Source of the DNA: a bacterium
GTDB lineage: Bacteria > JADJOY01
Assembly (NCBI GenBank): GCA_046331705.1
Contig: JAXLQJ010000009.1
Location: 62,001 to 126,000 of the forward strand
Length of the DNA stretch: 64,000 nt
Direction: 5' to 3'
The position numbers were made by a program, and so were the translations under genes. Below the pieces are notes generated by a model. It made no database searches. It saw only the letters and a list, made by a program, of their open reading frames with translations, and had not been told where the DNA came from. Of the stretch, positions 1-12,691 are shown one piece after another (within the stretch, counting starts at the first letter, position 1; the number at the start of each line of letters is the position of its first letter).

Positions 1-358
1 TGGTCGCGCCCGGCCCGATCGACGCCGACGCGTGGATCCACGCGGAACCCGCGACCACCGCCGTGGCGTGCACGCCCGGCGCCGGGCGCGGGCGCGGATG
101 GAAGAGCTCGAGCGCCTTGGCGAGGGCCAGGTAGACGTTCGGCGTCACCAGCACGTTGCCACCGATGTCGGCGAGATCGGGAGTCACGAGCAGCGCCGTC
201 GCGCCGCAGCCACGAGCGGCGGCGCGGTAGCGGGGGTGGGCGACGAACGAGAGCGCGCCGGCACCGGCCGTCTGCAACGGCGCGATCCGCTCGACGGTCA
301 CGTCGCCAGCGCCGCGAAGCTCGACGCCCAGCGCGTTTGCCAACTCAGCGAGACGCAT
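1..358 (-). CDS. lpxD: UDP-3-O-acylglucosamine N-acyltransferase, N-terminal part (runs off window)
   Basis: Manual translation from ATG at 358: MRLAELANALGVELRGAGDVTVERIAPLQTAGAGALSFVAHPRY...NVYLALAKALELFHP, typical LpxD N-terminus; follows bamA-skp. Confidence 0.9.
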   Translation of the reverse strand, partial: MRLAELANALGVELRGAGDVTVERIAPLQTAGAGALSFVAHPRYRAAARGCGATALLVTPDLADIGGNVLVTPNVYLALAKALELFHPRPRPAPGVHATAVVAGSAWIHASASIGPGAT

Positions 359-462
359 GCTCGTGGCCCCCCGACGTCGCGAAGCGGCGCGACGGCGACG
401 GCTTCGCGGCGCTGCCGAAGCGACGCCCGCCGCGGGCTCGCCTCCGCTGCGCCGCGCTCACC

Positions 463-1038
463 TCACGGCTTGGAACCCTTGCCCTCGCCTGCGCTCGCCT
501 TGGGCATACCCTCGGCGTCGAAGCGCTGGATCAGCTTGTCGGTCAGGTCGAAGGCGCCGTCCGAGTAGAGCAGGTTGTGGGACTCGAAGACCAGGGAATA
601 ACCGTCGTCCTTGGCCACTTTCTGCACGATGTCGGCGAGGGCCTTGAGGATTCGCTGGGTGGCCTCGCCTTCCTTGCGCTTGAGCTCGTCGAGCACGTCG
701 CTGCGGTAGCGGACCGCTTCCTTCTTCTTGTTCTCGATCTCGCGCTGCTTGTCCGCGAGCGCGTCGTCCTTGAGGGTGAGGCGCTGCTTCTCGACCTCTT
801 CCTGGATCTTCTGCAGCTCCTTGGACATCTGATCGAGCTGCGTCTGCGCCTTGTTGACCTCGGCCTCGAGCCGGGCCTTGGTGTCCTTGCCTTCCTTCGA
901 CGTCGTCAGCGCCCGCTGCAGGTCCACGACGCCGATCTTGAGCCGCCCGGCGTCCTGCGCGGCTGCGGGTTGGACCAGCACCAGCGGGGCGGCGGCGAGC
1001 AGCCACCCCACGACGAACGCTCTGACCGTGCGCACCAT
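463..1038 (-). CDS. skp: OmpH/Skp periplasmic chaperone
   Basis: C-terminal part of ORF 463..3453; ATG at 1038 after AAGGA; signal peptide, KIGVVDLQRAL motif, coiled coil, DLTDKLIQRFD end. Confidence 0.9.
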   Translation of the reverse strand: MVRTVRAFVVGWLLAAAPLVLVQPAAAQDAGRLKIGVVDLQRALTTSKEGKDTKARLEAEVNKAQTQLDQMSKELQKIQEEVEKQRLTLKDDALADKQREIENKKKEAVRYRSDVLDELKRKEGEATQRILKALADIVQKVAKDDGYSLVFESHNLLYSDGAFDLTDKLIQRFDAEGMPKASAGEGKGSKP

Positions 1039-1121
1039 GATCGTCTCGTCCTTTCTCTCGACCGCGACGAACGCGCGGCCCATCGGAATCTCGTGCAATC
1101 GCGCGGCGTCGCTCCCGGGGC

Positions 1122-3410
1122 TCAGAGCGGAGCGCCGACGCTGAACTGGAGCGAGCTCGCGTCGTCGCCGATGCGGCGGCGCAGAGGATAGCCAATTTCC
1201 AGTCGTAGCGGCCCGAGCGGCGAGAGCCACCGGAAGCCGAAGCCCACCGAGGTGCGCAGCTTGTCGAGGTCGAAACCCAGACCCTCGGGATAAGCCTCGC
1301 CGGCGTCGAAGAAGGTGACGCCCTTGAGGCCGAAGCTCGGCACGATGGGAAAGATGAACTCGGTGTTGAAGATGAGCTGCTTGTTGCCGCCGATCTCGTC
1401 GCCGGTGATGGGATCCTTGGGTCCGAGGGAGCGCACGTCGAAGCCGCGCACCGAGTTGATGCCGCCCACGAAGTAGCGTTCGAAGAGCGGCAGATCCTGA
1501 CCGGACTCGAGCGACTCGCCGAAGCTGATCCGGCCGCGCACCGAGAACACGGTCCCCCACACCACCGGCACGTACCAGGCGGTGCGCGCCTCCAGCTTGT
1601 AGAAATCGCTGGTGCCGCCCAGGAACACACCGGCGAGCTCGGCGCTCAGCACGTTGTCCGAGCCGCGCGTGGGATCGAAGCGGTTGTTGAGGGTGTTGCG
1701 GCGGATGGCGCCGGTGATGCTCGAGATCTCGTCGGTGCCCTCTTGGCTGCGCAAGATCGAGGATGCGCTCGACGAGACGTCGGTGATCTCCACGTGCTCG
1801 AAGCCGTAGGTGAGGCTTCCGTCGATGAACTCGATCAACGGGTAGCCGAGGGTCGCGCTGCCGCCCAGGCGCTTGCGGGTGAAGTCGTTGAACTCGCGCT
1901 GATCGTTGAAGACCGAGAGTCCCGCGGAGATCCGCGTGTCGAGCACGTAGGGCTCGGTGAACTCGAGGTCCACCAGCTGCCGGCGCGAACCCAGGTCCGC
2001 GTTCGCCGTCAGGCTCTCGCCCAGGCCGCGGAAGTTGTGCTGTGTGACCCGCAGGTTCACCAGGAACGCGTCGACGCTCGAGAAGCCGGCACCGGCCGAG
2101 AGCGTTCCCGTCTGGCCTTCCTTGACCTTGACCTTGAGGTCGACCTCGTCGTCCTTGTTGGTTCGCGCCTCCTCGAAGTCGATCGTGTCGAAGAAGCCGA
2201 GCCGCTCGAGGCGTTGCTTCGACACCCGCAGGCGGGCGCCCGAGTAGGTGCTGCCTTCGCTGACCCGAAGCTCGCGGCGCACGACCTTGTCGCGGGTCTT
2301 GGTGTTGCCCTCGACCTCGATGCGGCGGAAGTGGACCTTCTTGCCCTGCTCGATCTGGAACACGACTTCCACCGTGCGCGCGTCGCGATCCAGCTTGGTG
2401 AGCGGGTCCACCTTGGCGAAGGCGTAACCCTGGTCGGCGTACGCCTCCGTCAGCCGCTGGATGTCCTGGCGCAGCTGATCGCGGTTCAGGATCTCGCCCT
2501 TCTTCGACTCCACCCGGTCGATCAGCGGCTTGCCGTCGGGGTCCGGCAGCAGATCGCCCGCCAGCGAGAGCCCCGAGATCGTGTACTGCGGGCCTTCGTC
2601 GATGCCGACGGTGACGTGCAGCCCGTCGTCGCGGAAATCGAGTCGCGGATCCGAGATCCGGTGATCGAGATAGCCGTGGTTGTAGTAGAGCGAGGAGATC
2701 CGGGCGACGTCGCCGTCGAGCTGCTCCTTGCGGTAGAGCCCGCGCTCGGTGAGCCAGCTCAGGAACCACTTCTCCTTGGTCTCCATCACGTCGAGGATCT
2801 CGTCCTTCTCGAAGTGCTCGTTGCCTTCGAACGCGACCTCGACGACGTAGACCTCCTCGTTCTCGCGAACCTTGTAGACGACCTCGACCGTCTCGGCGCT
2901 CGGCACCAGCTCGCTCTCGACCTGGGCGTGGGTGTAGCCCTTGGTGTCGTAGAGGTCGTGGATCTTCTTCACGTCCGCGCGGACCTTGTCCTCGTCGAGC
3001 AGCTCGCGCGGCTTGACCGTGATCACCTCGCGGATCTTGTCCTCGTTGATCTCGTCGTTGCCGGTGATCCGCACTTCCTTGATGCGCGGGTTCTCGGTGA
3101 GCACGAACGTCACCACCGTCCCCACCGCGCCGGGCTCGCTGCGCACCTCGATGTCGCGGAAGTAGCCGAGGCGGTAGAGCGCCTTCACGTCCTGCCGAAC
3201 GACGTCGGGATCGAGCGGAGCGCCGATGCGGGTGCGCACTTCCTGCATCAGCCGATCGCTCTCGACCAGGCGGTTGCCCACGAAGCGCACCGATTCGACC
3301 GTGGGCGGCGCGGCGCCCGCCGAGCGCGCGCCCACCAACCCCATCCACGCCGCGGCGAGCGCCGCGAGCGCTGCCCACCGGATGCCGCGTCCTTGCCGAC
3401 GACTCGTCAT
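1122..3410 (-). CDS. bamA: Outer membrane protein assembly factor BamA
   Basis: POTRA repeats (GN..I/F), VRGF motif, C-terminal barrel WLSPLGPLRLEIG; ATG at 3410 overlaps lolD stop (ATGA). Confidence 0.95.
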   Translation of the reverse strand: MTSRRQGRGIRWAALAALAAAWMGLVGARSAGAAPPTVESVRFVGNRLVESDRLMQEVRTRIGAPLDPDVVRQDVKALYRLGYFRDIEVRSEPGAVGTVVTFVLTENPRIKEVRITGNDEINEDKIREVITVKPRELLDEDKVRADVKKIHDLYDTKGYTHAQVESELVPSAETVEVVYKVRENEEVYVVEVAFEGNEHFEKDEILDVMETKEKWFLSWLTERGLYRKEQLDGDVARISSLYYNHGYLDHRISDPRLDFRDDGLHVTVGIDEGPQYTISGLSLAGDLLPDPDGKPLIDRVESKKGEILNRDQLRQDIQRLTEAYADQGYAFAKVDPLTKLDRDARTVEVVFQIEQGKKVHFRRIEVEGNTKTRDKVVRRELRVSEGSTYSGARLRVSKQRLERLGFFDTIDFEEARTNKDDEVDLKVKVKEGQTGTLSAGAGFSSVDAFLVNLRVTQHNFRGLGESLTANADLGSRRQLVDLEFTEPYVLDTRISAGLSVFNDQREFNDFTRKRLGGSATLGYPLIEFIDGSLTYGFEHVEITDVSSSASSILRSQEGTDEISSITGAIRRNTLNNRFDPTRGSDNVLSAELAGVFLGGTSDFYKLEARTAWYVPVVWGTVFSVRGRISFGESLESGQDLPLFERYFVGGINSVRGFDVRSLGPKDPITGDEIGGNKQLIFNTEFIFPIVPSFGLKGVTFFDAGEAYPEGLGFDLDKLRTSVGFGFRWLSPLGPLRLEIGYPLRRRIGDDASSLQFSVGAPL

Positions 3411-4165
3411 GCGCTCGCCTCTCGCTCCGGGCCGGCCACCACGAACCGGCCATCGAACATCCGCAAGCACCGCTCCATCCGTGTGGCGAGCTCGGGATTG
3501 TGCGTCACGACCACGAGCGTCGTACCGCGCCGCCGATTCATGTCCAACAGCAAGTCGAAGATGCGCGTGCCGGTGGTCACGTCGAGGTTGCCCGTCGGCT
3601 CGTCCGCGAGCACCACCGCGGGGTCCATCACCAACGCTCGGGCCAGCGACACGCGTTGCTGCTCGCCGCCCGAGAGCTCGCCGGGACGATGGGTGAGCCG
3701 GTGCCCAACGCCCACCTCCTCGAGCAACCCGGCGGCGCGCGCGCGCGCGGCAGGCTCGGGCTCGCGGGCGATCAGCGCCGGCATCATCACGTTCTCGAGC
3801 GCGGTGAACTCCGGCAGCAGATGATGAAACTGGAACACGAATCCGATCGAGCGATTGCGAAGCTCGGACCGCTTGATCTCGGGAAGCGCGTACACGTCCC
3901 GTCCCTCGATCACCACGGACCCCGCGGTCGGCCGCTCGAGCCCGCCCAAGACGTGAAGCAGCGTGGACTTCCCCGCTCCCGAGGCGCCCATGATCGCCAC
4001 CGACGAGCCGCGCTCGAGCTCGAGGTCCACGCCCTTCAGCACCTCGACGCTCACGGCCTTCTTCTGGAAGGTCTTGGTGAGCCCGCTGACGGCGATCGCC
4101 AGCGCACCGGCGACGTGGCTGCGGCTCGCACCGGTGCCCGGACGTTCGGCTTCGAGGTCGCTCAT
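3407..4165 (-). CDS. lolD: Lipoprotein-releasing ABC transporter ATPase
   Basis: Walker A GASGAGKST, GFVFQFHHLLPEFTALENV, LSGGEQQR, DEPTGNLD; adjacent to lolC/E. Confidence 0.9.
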   Translation of the reverse strand: MSDLEAERPGTGASRSHVAGALAIAVSGLTKTFQKKAVSVEVLKGVDLELERGSSVAIMGASGAGKSTLLHVLGGLERPTAGSVVIEGRDVYALPEIKRSELRNRSIGFVFQFHHLLPEFTALENVMMPALIAREPEPAARARAAGLLEEVGVGHRLTHRPGELSGGEQQRVSLARALVMDPAVVLADEPTGNLDVTTGTRIFDLLLDMNRRRGTTLVVVTHNPELATRMERCLRMFDGRFVVAGPEREASA

Positions 4166-4208
4166 CGGGCTCACGAGGGTCGTGCGGGCGGGAGACGAGG
4201 CGCGACCG

Positions 4209-5458
4209 TCACTCGTAGCGCAGCGCTTCGGCCGGATCGAGGCGGGAAGCCTGCCAGGCCGGATAGATCGTGGCCAGATAGGAGATGGCGATCGCGGTGA
4301 CGGCCACGATCACGACGTCGAGCGGGTTCACCTTGCTCGGCACCTCGTTGATGTAGAAGACCTCGGGCGGGATGATCGTGCAGTGGCAGACCGCCTCGAC
4401 GGCGCGCGCCAAGCGCGTGAGGTTGAGCGCCGTCACCAGGCCGACGGTGACACCCAGCGCCGTCCCGGTGAACCCCACCGCCAGCCCTTCCACCTGGAAG
4501 ATCTTGCGAATGCTGGACGACGACGCACCCATGGATTTCAGGATCGCGATGTCCTTGGTCTTCTCGAGCACGGCCATGATGAGCGTGCTGACGATGTTGA
4601 AGCCCGCCACCAGCGTGATGAGCAGCACCACCATGAAGTAGACGAACCGTTCGAGGGCGAACGCCGCGAACAGGTTCTCGTTCATCCGGATCCAGTTACG
4701 GGTGCTGTAGGGGAAGCCGAGCGCCTTCTGCACGCGCTCGCCCACCTCGACGGCGTGGCGCGGCTCGCGCAGCCGTAGCTCCACCCCGGTCACTTGCTTG
4801 CCGATGCCGAGCAGGCTCTGGCCTTCTTCGAGGTGCACGTAGCACAGCGAGTTGTCGTACTCGTGCATCCCCGAGTCGAAGATGCCGACGACCTCGAGCG
4901 GACGCGAGCCGAAGGTGCGAAAGAAGGGCGTGATCGCGCCGACCGGAGAGATCGCGTCCACGCGATCCCCCACGCCCACCGAGAGCTGGCTCGCGAGCGC
5001 CTTGCCGAGGACCACGCCGCCGGGCTTCCCCTGACCGCCGGGGTGCAGATCGTCGAGCCGGCCCTCCTTCAGCTCGCGCAGCACCTCGATCACCTGCGGC
5101 GCCGTCGTGGGATCGATCCCGCGCACCACCACACCGGCGCTCGACACGTCGTTCTTGAGCATGATCTGGGCGTACACGAAGGGCGTCGCCGCCTCGACCT
5201 CGGGATCGGCCTTCGCCACCTCGAGCACGCGAGCGGGCTCGTCGATCCCGCCGCCGAAGCGCAGCACCATCACGTGCGGGTTGATCCCCAGGATCTTCGC
5301 CTTGAGCGCGTCCTCGAACCCGGTCAGCACCGCCAGCACGATGATGAGCGCCGCCACCCCGAGGGTGAAGCCCGCCAGGGTGATCAGCGAGATCACCGAC
5401 ACGAAGGTCTGCTTGCCGCGTGTGCGCAGGTAGCGCCAGCCGACGAAGGTCTCGAATC

Positions 5459-5462
<4 letters not shown>
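4209..5462 (-). CDS. lolE: Lipoprotein-releasing ABC transporter permease LolC/E
   Basis: GTG start overlapping lysS stop; FVGWRYLR, GVAALIIVLAVLTGF, IAILKSMGA, YPAWQASRLDPAEALRYE. Confidence 0.88.
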
Positions 5463-8098
<2,636 letters not shown>

Positions 8099-8124
8099 CC
8101 CCCCACGGTCCGCACCACTTCGGT

Positions 8125-9708
8125 TCAAGGCCGCGTCTCGTCGTCGCCGGGCGCGCGTCGACGCCGAGCGCCGATGCCTCGCGCCACGAGCACCAGCAGC
8201 ACCACGCCGCCCGAGCCACGCGCGAAAACGTCACCGTAACGCAAGTAGAAGCTTTGGAGGACAGGCCCCAGCGTCACCGCTCCGGAAAGCGTCCCATCCA
8301 CGAAGAGCCCGGTCTCGCTCACGCGGCGGCCCCAGGGATCGACGAACGTGCTGACGCCGGTGTTGGCGGCGCGCGCGAGCCAGACGCGATTCTCGATGGC
8401 GCGCACCTGGGCCATCTCGAGATGCTGATAGGGGGCCCCCAGGCGCCCGAACCACGCGTCGTTGGTGATGCTCACCAGCAGCCGCGCGCCAGCGGCGACG
8501 GCATGGCGCGCCTCCATCGGGAAGATCGCCTCGTAGCAGATCAACACCGCGAAGCGGATCCGGTCGCCGATCGCGAACGTGACGTGCTCGCGCCCGGGAT
8601 GGAAATTCCCCACCCCGGCCACGATCTTCTCGAGGAACGGAAACGGGCTCCATTCCCCGAACGGGACGAGGTGCATCTTGTCGTAGTGCGCGAGCTCGGT
8701 GCCGTCCGGCGCGAGCAGATACGCGCGGTTCAGGCTCTCCACGTCGGCGGCGGTGAGCGGGCGACCCGGCGCCGCCGGTAGGTTCTCCTTGAGCCGATAC
8801 GCGGGTGCACCGAAGAGCACCGGTAGTCCCGTGAGGCGGGCGAGATCGCGAGCGCGCTCCGTCCACGCGCCGCCGCGCTGGAAGTAGAACGGCATCGCGG
8901 TCTCGGGCAGCACCAGGAGGTCGAGGGGCTCCGCCGCCGCCCGCGTCGCGAGCTGGTGGTAGACGTCGATCGTGTGGCTGCGGAACTCCTCGTCCCACTT
9001 CATGTCCTGAGGGATGTTGCCTTGCAGCAGGCCGATCCGGATCGGCTCGCTCTCGGCCGGCACGGCGCGCATGCGCACCAAGCCGTAGGCGCGCACTCCC
9101 GCCACCACCAGCACCAGCGCCACCAGGTGCGCGAACGGCACCGGCACCTCTCCGGTCCAGGATCGCCACGCCAAGGCCACCGCGGCCGAGCTCGCCACCA
9201 GCACGAAGCTCACGCCATAGATCCCGGTCAGATCGGCGATCTGGACCATCGGCAGGAAGCCCACCTGGCTGTACCCGAGCGTGAGCCAGGGAAAGCCGGT
9301 GAGGAAGAACGAACGCAGGTACTCGAGCGCGGTCCAGAGCGCGGCGAGTCCCCAGATCCCGCGCCCGCGATCGAGCCCCAGCGGACCCGCCAGCGCCGCG
9401 AACGTCGCCACGAAGAGCGACAGGAAGGCCGAGAGCAAGAGGTGGCCGAGCACGCTCAGCGGCAGCGGAAGCTCGCCGAAGTGGTGCATGGTCTCGACCA
9501 ACCAGTAGAGCCCGCCCAGGAAGAGCGCCATGCCCGCGAGGTATCCGAGCGCGAATCGTCGCCGCCACGGCTCGCCGGCCAGCGCCACCAGCAGCGGCGC
9601 GAGGCCCACCCACGCGAGCGGCCGCACTGGATGGATGGGGAACGCCACCACCAGCAACACGCCGCTCGCCAGCGCGGCGACGATCTTCCAACGCGGAAAG
9701 CCGCTCAC
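8125..9708 (-). CDS. lnt: Apolipoprotein N-acyltransferase
   Basis: GTG at 9708 overlaps lptD stop; TM N-terminus, LTGFPWLTLGYSQ, QGNIPQ, PETA, YDKMHLVPFGE, ICYE, TNDAWFG, RAANTG. Confidence 0.93.
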   Translation of the reverse strand: MSGFPRWKIVAALASGVLLVVAFPIHPVRPLAWVGLAPLLVALAGEPWRRRFALGYLAGMALFLGGLYWLVETMHHFGELPLPLSVLGHLLLSAFLSLFVATFAALAGPLGLDRGRGIWGLAALWTALEYLRSFFLTGFPWLTLGYSQVGFLPMVQIADLTGIYGVSFVLVASSAAVALAWRSWTGEVPVPFAHLVALVLVVAGVRAYGLVRMRAVPAESEPIRIGLLQGNIPQDMKWDEEFRSHTIDVYHQLATRAAAEPLDLLVLPETAMPFYFQRGGAWTERARDLARLTGLPVLFGAPAYRLKENLPAAPGRPLTAADVESLNRAYLLAPDGTELAHYDKMHLVPFGEWSPFPFLEKIVAGVGNFHPGREHVTFAIGDRIRFAVLICYEAIFPMEARHAVAAGARLLVSITNDAWFGRLGAPYQHLEMAQVRAIENRVWLARAANTGVSTFVDPWGRRVSETGLFVDGTLSGAVTLGPVLQSFYLRYGDVFARGSGGVVLLVLVARGIGARRRRAPGDDETRP

Positions 9709-12557
9709 GGGCTGCTGCTGACGAGCGACGAGCGCCGATCCTTGCGGCTCCCCCACCACGGTGCCTGACCGGCGGAGCCCAGCCCCTCGAAGTTGAATTG
9801 GATGCCGACCTTGGTTTCCTCGGGGTTGGTGCGGTCGATCACCCACAGATCGAAGCCCCAGCAGTCGCAGGGCGCGGTGAAGTGGAGACCGCCGCGATTC
9901 TCGAGCAGCTGCGAGTTGAGCTGGTCGTAGCGCGTGAGCCCGTAGAGCGCGGTGCCCTCCCACAGCACCAGCCGTCCCCCCGCGCTCACGTCCTCGATGC
10001 GGTCGGCGACGAAGCGGTAGCGCGTCGTGAACCGGTCGCCGCGCGCGTCCGAGAGCCCGACCTTGAGGGTGTAGTCCGCGAACTGGTGGGCCTCCGGGTC
10101 CCAGTCGGTGTAGGCCCCGATCGAGATCGCGCGCCAGGGCGCGAACGAGAGCTCGCCGTGCACCGGGCACACGCCGTTCTCGCAGGTGTCGCCGAGCAGA
10201 TCGAACGAGTGCTCGAGGATCACGTCCACCCACTGCTGGATGTTGCCCTGGCCGCCGGTCCGCGAGAACAGCGTCTGCTCGACGCCGTAGGTGACCAGCG
10301 ACTTCTGGGCGATGCGGTCGGTGCGATCGAAGGACGGCAGCCCGCTCTGGTCGACCTCCGGGATCCAGTCGTAGACGACGTAGGGATCGAGCTCGTGCTT
10401 CCACCGTGTCTCGTGGGGGTCCTTGGGGTCGCCCCGGAACACCCGCGAGAGCGTGGTGTCGAGCGTCACGTTCACTTGCGGCAACAACCGCGCGGCGCTG
10501 GTTCGATCGAGGCGGGTGGTGGTGGACGTCTCGCCCGTGAGGGGATCCGTCAGCTCGTCGGTGATGGTGGCGTCCGCGTAGTAGAGCGTGGTGCGGGGAA
10601 TGATCGAGGGCTCCAGGTTGAAGTGCGAGATCTCGATCGGGATGAAGAACCGCGGGCTCGTGTCCCAGCGCAACCCGTCGGCGCCCTGACGGCGATAGAA
10701 GTCGGTCGCGTCGCTGCGGAAGTCGAGCAGCACCGGCGTGCCGGGAACCGGCTGGCGGATGCCGCGCAACGTGACCTCGGGCAACTCCTGCAGCTCGTTG
10801 TTCGAGTCGGTGACCATGTTCTCGTACCAGCGCACGGCGCCCAGCAGGCTCCACCGTCTCCAGCTCGAGGTCAGGGTGACCTTCGATTGCGAGAAGCGCT
10901 GCGCGCGCAGGGTCTCGTCGTCGCTCAAGTCGCGGTTCACCTCGGTGTCGCTCAGCACGTCCACCAGCACCTTGCCGCGCACTCCCGGCGACAGGATCTC
11001 GTCGTGGAACGCCTCCACGGCGTAGCGCTGACGCTCCACCTTGCCGCTCACCGGGTTGCCCGAGCCGTCGGTGGTGGCGTCCCGCGCGTCCTTCTCCTGG
11101 AAGTAGCGAGCGGAGATCTCGCCCGCGCTGCTCAGCGTGCGGATGTAGCGGAAGTCGACCTGGCCGCCCAGACGTTCCTCGGTGGAGGTCTCGAGGGTGA
11201 ACGTCGCGTCGACGTTGCGCGAGATCGCCCAGAAAAAGGGTTGCTCGAGCTGGAAGCCGCGGCGATCCGAGTAGCCGAAGCGTGGGATCAGGAGCCCGGT
11301 CTCGCGATCGGTCTTCACCGGCACGATCAGGTACGGCGCCCAGATCGCCGGCACGTCCCAGAGCCGGAACGTGGTGCCGAAGCCACTGGCGTAGCCACCC
11401 ACGGTGATGTCCACGTCCCCACCCGTGAACGACCAATCGGGGGGATCGCAGGCGCAGCTCGTGAGCTTCGCGTCCTCGACGTGATAGGTGCTCTCTCCGG
11501 TCTTCTCGATCTTGGCGCCCTGGAAGCTCACCTCGCCGTCCACCGAGCTGAACGAGCCGTCGAAGACCACGCCGGTGAGCGTGTCGAGGCTCACGTTGAC
11601 CGAGGCGCCGCGCAGGGTGCCGGCGGACCAGGTGACCCACACGTTGCCGTCGGCCTGAACCTCGCTCGAGGCCGCGCGATAGACCACGCGATCCGCGCGA
11701 ATCGCGATGTCGCCGTAGACCGCGTGCACGCTGCCCTCGGCGATGAACTCGTCGAACTGACGATCCTGCACCACGCGATCGGCGTTGAGCTGGACCTTGC
11801 CGCCCGAACCGAGCGTGGGCGCCGCCGCCGTCGTCGTCGCGGTGGTGTCGTCCTCGGCCGCGAGATCCTCGTCGCTCTCGTCACCACCCAGGGCTTCCGC
11901 GTCGTACGACTCGGCGGCGACCTTGGAGCGCTTCTTTTTCTTCTTGGGCGTCGCCGCCGCGACGCGGGTGTGGCGCGCTTGATCCGCGGGCGCGGCGGTG
12001 GCCGCCGGGGTGGACGTGGGCGCCGTGGCGGCACTCGCAGGTGGCGCGCCGGTGGGTGGTGCCGGCGTCACGGACACGCTGGTCTGCGGCGCGGGCACCG
12101 CGGTCCCCGGAGCATCCACGACCAGGATCAGGATTCGAAACGGCGAGGTGAGCGAGCTCACGCGGGTCACGACCTGGGCCACCGCGTCGATACGCACGAC
12201 GAAGCCGCCGCGCTCCCCTTCCCCGCCCGTGGGAGTGATCTCGACCCGCCGCACGCGCGGGTCGGCGGGGTCCACCCGCGGCACGGCGCGCGCGCCGACC
12301 GCGGCCGCGTAGACCTGCACCTCGAACGACGATCCATCGCTGCTCGGCCGCAACCGATCGAGGTAGGGCACCGGTCGATCGAAGTCGAGGAAGATCGCGG
12401 TCTGCTCGGCGCCCGACGAGACGCGCACGGACTGCAAGGTCGCGAGCGGCTCGAGCGCGTCCTGGGCACGCGCCGGCGCGGCACCGATCCCGACCAGCCA
12501 CAGCCAACCGACGACGAGCGGCGTGATGGAACGACGCCGGGATTCAAGGATCGACAT
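9705..12557 (-). CDS. lptD: LPS-assembly protein LptD with N-terminal AMIN-like domain and low-complexity linker
   Basis: ATG at 12557 with signal peptide; ADRVV jellyroll repeats, TSCACDPPDWSF, RETGLLIPRFGYSDRRG, C-terminal CDCWG...FNFEGLG. Confidence 0.88.
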   Translation of the reverse strand: MSILESRRRSITPLVVGWLWLVGIGAAPARAQDALEPLATLQSVRVSSGAEQTAIFLDFDRPVPYLDRLRPSSDGSSFEVQVYAAAVGARAVPRVDPADPRVRRVEITPTGGEGERGGFVVRIDAVAQVVTRVSSLTSPFRILILVVDAPGTAVPAPQTSVSVTPAPPTGAPPASAATAPTSTPAATAAPADQARHTRVAAATPKKKKKRSKVAAESYDAEALGGDESDEDLAAEDDTTATTTAAAPTLGSGGKVQLNADRVVQDRQFDEFIAEGSVHAVYGDIAIRADRVVYRAASSEVQADGNVWVTWSAGTLRGASVNVSLDTLTGVVFDGSFSSVDGEVSFQGAKIEKTGESTYHVEDAKLTSCACDPPDWSFTGGDVDITVGGYASGFGTTFRLWDVPAIWAPYLIVPVKTDRETGLLIPRFGYSDRRGFQLEQPFFWAISRNVDATFTLETSTEERLGGQVDFRYIRTLSSAGEISARYFQEKDARDATTDGSGNPVSGKVERQRYAVEAFHDEILSPGVRGKVLVDVLSDTEVNRDLSDDETLRAQRFSQSKVTLTSSWRRWSLLGAVRWYENMVTDSNNELQELPEVTLRGIRQPVPGTPVLLDFRSDATDFYRRQGADGLRWDTSPRFFIPIEISHFNLEPSIIPRTTLYYADATITDELTDPLTGETSTTTRLDRTSAARLLPQVNVTLDTTLSRVFRGDPKDPHETRWKHELDPYVVYDWIPEVDQSGLPSFDRTDRIAQKSLVTYGVEQTLFSRTGGQGNIQQWVDVILEHSFDLLGDTCENGVCPVHGELSFAPWRAISIGAYTDWDPEAHQFADYTLKVGLSDARGDRFTTRYRFVADRIEDVSAGGRLVLWEGTALYGLTRYDQLNSQLLENRGGLHFTAPCDCWGFDLWVIDRTNPEETKVGIQFNFEGLGSAGQAPWWGSRKDRRSSLVSSSP

Positions 12558-12691
12558 CGCGCTCTCGACTCCGGATCGATGCGGGGTGGTGCTCGGCTCG
12601 GGCACGCGCCCGGGTTCCGCCGGATGCGCCGCGTGCGCCGCCGAGTGGGACCGTCGAGCGCGCGGTAACATCCGCCCGTCACCTCGGTGTG

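Noticed and set aside
463-3453. 996-aa ORF overlapping bamA (also 8125..11640, 20824..21984, 22040..23113, 32741..34294, 36960..38405)
   Set aside because: Stop-poor off-frame extensions in high-GC DNA; only the C-terminal parts are real genes with their own starts.
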